DNA from: Candidatus Thorarchaeota archaeon SMTZ1-45
GTDB taxonomy: Archaea; Asgardarchaeota; Thorarchaeia; Thorarchaeales; Thorarchaeaceae
Assembly: GCA_001563335.1 (NCBI GenBank)
Contig: LRSL01000105.1
Coordinates: 1-11,252, forward strand
Direction of reading: 5' to 3'
DNA length: 11,252 bases
Shown: in pieces, positions 7,471-11,252 of the stretch
Layout: each line of letters starts with the position of its first letter
Position numbering within the stretch: the first letter of the stretch is position 1
The notes under the pieces: generated by a model
What the model was told of the DNA's origin: nothing
The model's input: the letters and a program-made list of their open reading frames with translations, nothing else
Database searches by the model: none
Translations under genes and position numbers: made by a program

Positions 7471-7794
7471 TCATACGATACCTGGTTCAGATTCGATTGT
7501 TTTTTGATCACGGGCAAATGCAAAATATAAACATAGTAAAATGGGGATAACGAAGATCCACAACCTAATGGGAAGGAACAGAAATATGATGATAATCAGA
7601 GCAATAACGATCACATCATCAGAGCCAGTTTTTCTGACATCAATAGGCACTGCTGATTCCAGCATTTCACTTGCCCTTCCAATAGGTTTCGCACAAGCTT
7701 TGCATCTGATTGTATCATCGGCAGCAATCACTGGATATCCAATCGACTCACAATGCCAGCATTTGACCATTCCTCTCTTTTCATTCATCTCCAT
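7471..7794 (-). CDS. Small Zn-ribbon membrane protein
   Basis: CWHC-X15-CKAC followed by a hydrophobic hairpin (VIVIALIIIIFLFLPIRLWIFVIPILLCLYFAFA). The start is more likely ATG 7794 or 7788 than the track's 7842. Confidence 0.7.
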   Translation of the reverse strand: MEMNEKRGMVKCWHCESIGYPVIAADDTIRCKACAKPIGRASEMLESAVPIDVRKTGSDDVIVIALIIIIFLFLPIRLWIFVIPILLCLYFAFARDQKTIESEPGIV

Positions 7795-7961
7795 TCTCAG
7801 ATTCCCAGTTTGATTTCGTTTTATTTGGATAAAAACTTTCATGATTATCTAAGCTTCAAAATCCAATTCGACAGCACCATCACTAAGAAGAGCTTTGTCG
7901 ATATCTAGTTGATTAGCACAATACGAAAAGCACTTGAAGACCTCCTATCTCCCAATGCTTC

Positions 7962-9164
7962 ATGATTGAGATAAGAGAGGCCCGCGAAGAGGACCGTGAG
8001 TCAGCGATCAGATTACTTTGGAAAGCATTTGAAGCCACAACTAACTACGATGACTACCTAAAGCAAGAGTGGATTGAGAGATGGAATAATCCTGAGAAAG
8101 AGAACTATGCATATGTCGCAGTGGACAAGGGCAAAGTTGTTTCAAGCCTTTCCTTCTTCACAACATCTGAACATGAACAAATCATTAGGGGTGCATCAGT
8201 AAGATTTGCGGGAGTCTGGGGAGTCACAACTGATGCTGCATACAGAAGGAGAGGGCTTGTCAAAAAGCTCTTTGATATCTCCTTTCCAAGGATGCGTGAA
8301 GAGAAGGCTTCTCTCTCAATATTAGATCCTTTTCATAGACCATTCTATGAGAAGTTCTCATTTGCTTTATCTGAAAAACGGACTAGACATATATTCAACA
8401 GAGGTCAAATCAGGGCAGGTAAAACAAGGGATGATATAATAATAAGAGAAGCGAAAGATCCTGAAGATAGGAAGACGATCCAACAAGTCGAAAGATCGAT
8501 GATACGGTTTGGTTCAAGGTTCTTCTCTAGTGACGGACCTTTGGATTATGTCATGAAGAATGGCATTATGCACATACTTGAAGATAAGAATGGTCCTGTG
8601 GGATGTGTCTGGTTCAACTTCACCCGAGGGCCGCCATTCACACCCCCTGAATTAACGGTAAGTATGTCCAGATATACAAGCGATGATGTCTTTCCATCAA
8701 TTGTCGAGTTAGTCAGGAACTATTCAGCTAATGTCAGTAAAATAACATGGTGGGCTGATGCTGATGTCCCAGTCAGACACTATTTCACTGACATCCATCA
8801 ACCTGAGTCGCACATGCTAGGTTCAATGATGATGCGGGTTGTTGACCTTGAGGACTATTGCCATAGTATCAAGATTCCAGAAGAAACCTCTGAAAAGGTC
8901 ACTATTGAGTTAAATGATGATCAATGTCCTTGGAATACTGGAGTATATACACTCATTCCTGATGGAGGAAATTTAAGAGCTGAAAGGAGTAATTCAGAGC
9001 CAGAGATTTCTCTGAATGCATTCCAGCTATCTGAGATGATTGGAGGAATTACTCCTCCAACACTTCTTAGGTCATTACAAGAGATAAAATGCAATGCAGA
9101 AACAGCAAAAAGACTCGATAAAATGTTTCCAGCAGACACATTTGTATCGTATGTCAGGTTCTAA
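7962..9164 (+). CDS. Eis-like GNAT acetyltransferase with C-terminal SCP2-like domain
   Basis: GVWGVTTDAAYRRRGL, LDPF...FYEKFSF, MMRVVD and DDQCPWNTGVY motifs. The 400-aa length is typical of the Eis family. Confidence 0.85.
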   Translation: MIEIREAREEDRESAIRLLWKAFEATTNYDDYLKQEWIERWNNPEKENYAYVAVDKGKVVSSLSFFTTSEHEQIIRGASVRFAGVWGVTTDAAYRRRGLVKKLFDISFPRMREEKASLSILDPFHRPFYEKFSFALSEKRTRHIFNRGQIRAGKTRDDIIIREAKDPEDRKTIQQVERSMIRFGSRFFSSDGPLDYVMKNGIMHILEDKNGPVGCVWFNFTRGPPFTPPELTVSMSRYTSDDVFPSIVELVRNYSANVSKITWWADADVPVRHYFTDIHQPESHMLGSMMMRVVDLEDYCHSIKIPEETSEKVTIELNDDQCPWNTGVYTLIPDGGNLRAERSNSEPEISLNAFQLSEMIGGITPPTLLRSLQEIKCNAETAKRLDKMFPADTFVSYVRF

Positions 9165-9195
9165 TTATTCAATGGTTTGGTTATTTACATGCAAT

Positions 9196-10083
9196 TCATT
9201 TTGAGGACTTGATGAAATTGTCTGCACAGGTGTCTGAGCAAAATGACTGGGTTTTACCCTCAATCTTCCTCAGAATCATTTGACTCATTTCGATAGGGTC
9301 GCCACAGAATGAACATATCCGCTCCATATCAGTTGCATTACCACAACATGGAGTAAGGATTGTTTCCTTAATCTCCTGTTGAATCTTAAGAAACGCCTCA
9401 TTGTCAGATAGGAATATGTAGGCTAATCCTTGGAGTAGGTCACTAAGCGCAGTTGAGTCTACATCGACATCCTTCAGATGGGTTGCGAGATATTCCATCG
9501 TCTCATCTACCATCTCAATCTGCCTTAACATGAGGTCTTCAAGATGTCCCCAATCTTTCTCTTCCATCTCAACATCCAGTCCATCCTTGAAAAGCTTGAA
9601 GTATGAACCAACAACATCTCCACTCATTTTTGAATCGATGATAACAAAGACCTTGGCTGTACGCCTATAGTAGATTCCTCTACGACTCTTGCTGTCGTCA
9701 TCGTCTTTCGGGGAAAATTCCTGTACAAGCCCTTGTTCCACAAGTTTTGGCAGATGATAGTAGCAATTGTATTTCGAAACCTCAACTTCTGGAAGATATT
9801 GTTCGACATTAGTCACAATTTCAGGAACTGTCATCCAGAAGCGTTTGATCTTCTTCTCTTCAACGACTGTTGTGCGAACCTTGGTCCCATCAGGTCTTAC
9901 TGTTTCCTCTTTTGTGACATGTTCCTTTACTGTTTCAGTTCCATATCTCAATGCAACAAGAATAGCGCGTCTTATTGGATCACGAAAAGACTCTACAAGT
10001 TCTTGATTCACAATCATGAGGTAGCTTCGAACTTTATCATCTGGGAAATCAGGTAATGCTTCAGCAGTCAATGTAGACACCAT
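9196..10083 (-). CDS. ArsR-like winged-helix transcriptional regulator with C-terminal TRASH/YHS metal-binding domain
   Basis: DPIRRAIL...MTVPEI...YYHLPKLVEQGLV...YYRRTAK wHTH with an insertion of ~35 aa after helix 1. C-terminal PCCG, CSFCG and FCSDTC. Confidence 0.8.
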   Translation of the reverse strand: MVSTLTAEALPDFPDDKVRSYLMIVNQELVESFRDPIRRAILVALRYGTETVKEHVTKEETVRPDGTKVRTTVVEEKKIKRFWMTVPEIVTNVEQYLPEVEVSKYNCYYHLPKLVEQGLVQEFSPKDDDDSKSRRGIYYRRTAKVFVIIDSKMSGDVVGSYFKLFKDGLDVEMEEKDWGHLEDLMLRQIEMVDETMEYLATHLKDVDVDSTALSDLLQGLAYIFLSDNEAFLKIQQEIKETILTPCCGNATDMERICSFCGDPIEMSQMILRKIEGKTQSFCSDTCADNFIKSSK

Positions 10084-10097
10084 AGATTTTTCGATGA

Positions 10098-10263
10098 TTA
10101 CACTAATTTTATCATTGAATTATGTGCTTCACACTTTAAAGCCTTTTTCATTCTTTTAAATATTTTAATTACACCTATCACGACAAAAACTTTATAAGAA
10201 AGTGTAATTTTTACACTATTATAGTCAATAAAATGTAACAATTGAACCGACTAAAGTGGGTGA
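10098..10263. promoter_or_regulatory. Divergent archaeal promoters with 7-3-7 operator
   Basis: Plus strand: A-rich BRE-like CGACAAAAAC (10181-10190), TTTATAAG (10191-10198), AGTGTAA-TTT-TTACACT (10201-10217), RBS GGTGA (10259-10263). Minus strand: GAAAAAGGC-TTTAAA (10149-10135). Extra half sites TTACACT (10098-10104) and TTACAC (10169-10174). Confidence 0.6.
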
Positions 10264-10268
10264 TAATT

Positions 10269-10376
10269 ATGGCGTTCAGTAATGTAAAAAGAAGTTCAAA
10301 GGGTTGTTGGGAATGCGCTGAAAGATACGTCAATACATATCGCTACAACCGCTATGCAAATTCGATGGTTAGGTGA
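10269..10376 (+). CDS. 35-aa CxxC micro-protein (not in ORF track)
   Basis: MAFSNVKRSSKGCWECAERYVNTYRYNRYANSMVR*. A GGTGA RBS lies 5 nt upstream of the ATG, with a TATA box further upstream. Confidence 0.55.
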   Translation: MAFSNVKRSSKGCWECAERYVNTYRYNRYANSMVR

Positions 10377-11017
10377 ATTGGAAGATTCTCTCTAGTTTCT
10401 GAAAAAATAGAGGAGGCATCGCGTCCAAAGTTACTGGAGTGATGCTTCTTCAAATAATCCCTACGTCTCTGAAGCTTGTACTGTTTGAATCTCAAAAAGA
10501 TTAGCTGTTCCGAAAACCGTATATTACCATCTTTTGAAATCATGGATCAAGACCTGCAGTCAAAATTAGCAGGTCACTCTGAATTGAACGATTGTTTTTG
10601 GTTTTCGAAGATGTCTTTGATCAATTGGAGGTATAGACTTTGGGATACAATAGTTCGCAAAGAAAGAAAGCCAAGAAAAGAAGAAGGCATGAAAAGCTCC
10701 ATCATAAGAGTATAGTCTGAGTGTGAATCATGTCGAGAAAGCAACGGCAAAATCAGTCGAAATGTGGACAACCCACTATATTACGCCCGAGTATAGATAT
10801 TGAATAAGTTTAATTTTGGTTTCGAAAATTCTTCTATAGGGAATTTTGCTGACTTCTGTGAACATGTTAATAATTTATTGGTTTTCTTTTCTGTAGTTCA
10901 TTTGTAAATATGAAAAAGTGAAGGAAACATGTAATTATTGGCATTGTCACACAATAAGTTGGTTTTTAATGAAGGTCAATGTATTTGACATTTGCTACAT
11001 GCATGGAGGAGTTAGGA

Positions 11018-11252
11018 TTGAAGAAAGGGAATTTGAATGGAAAGGAGCTATCATTGAAATTCTTAGCATTTGGACTTGTCTTGATTATTGTTATCTCATC
11101 AATATCGATAACAAAAATAATGATTATATCATATCATGAGGATGACAATGAGATTAAAACACAAAATGAACAAAATGTGAATTACGAATATCAAAAACGA
11201 TCTATTGAGATTAAAACCATTGCAACGGAAAATGGAGAGTGGATATCTTTCG
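11018..11252 (+). CDS. Secreted or membrane-anchored protein, N-terminal part (truncated by window edge)
   Basis: GGAGG (11005-11009) then TTG: MKKGNLNGKELSLKFLAFGLVLIIVISSISITKIMIISYHEDDNEIK...ENGEWISF. Basic N-region plus hydrophobic stretch, open to the window end. Alternative in-frame ATGs at 11003 and 10979. Confidence 0.7.
   Translation, partial: MKKGNLNGKELSLKFLAFGLVLIIVISSISITKIMIISYHEDDNEIKTQNEQNVNYEYQKRSIEIKTIATENGEWISF

Noticed and set aside
7868-7901. TCGACA...TGTCGA inverted repeat in the divergent intergenic region
   Set aside because: 6-bp arms with a 22-nt spacer are compatible with chance.
7114-10056. ORFs 7114-7386, 7541-7813, 8921-9139, 9624-9809, 9733-10056 and 9767-10006
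   Set aside because: Shadow ORFs of the DUF362, Zn-ribbon, Eis-like and regulator genes.
10374-10442. Sec readthrough of the micro-protein TGA
   Set aside because: The TGA is not in a redox-motif context, the extension stops after ~21 codons, and no SECIS was recognised.
10352-11139. ORFs 10352-10543, 10476-10715, 10574-10771 and 10918-11139
   Set aside because: No RBS or motif support. The last overlaps the better-supported frame starting at 11018.

Overview
Archaeal chromosomal window, probably Asgard/Thorarchaeota-like. This is inferred from archaeal GGTGA/GGAGG ribosome-binding sites, BRE/TATA promoters, a long TPR-plus-effector protein and a cadherin-like surface-protein remnant. From left to right it holds a divergent hdrC-hdrB pair (hdrB is missing from the ORF track and runs off the left edge), about 690 bp of AT-rich intergenic DNA, and a 75-aa basic ORF behind a highly structured ~160-nt leader. 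Next come an 853-aa TPR/carbon-nitrogen-hydrolase fusion, three GNAT acetyltransferases (ArsN2-like, RimI-like two-domain, Eis-like), a truncated surface-protein remnant, a DUF362 protein and a Zn-ribbon membrane protein. The window ends with an ArsR-type wHTH regulator carrying a C-terminal TRASH domain, transcribed divergently from an unannotated 35-aa CxxC peptide, and the start of a secreted or membrane-anchored protein. The best candidates for something new are (1) the switch-like leader RNA with a leader peptide at 1975-2170, (2) the wHTH-TRASH / operator / CxxC micro-protein module and (3) the TPR-nitrilase fusion. No rRNA, tRNA, CRISPR array or mobile element was recognised.
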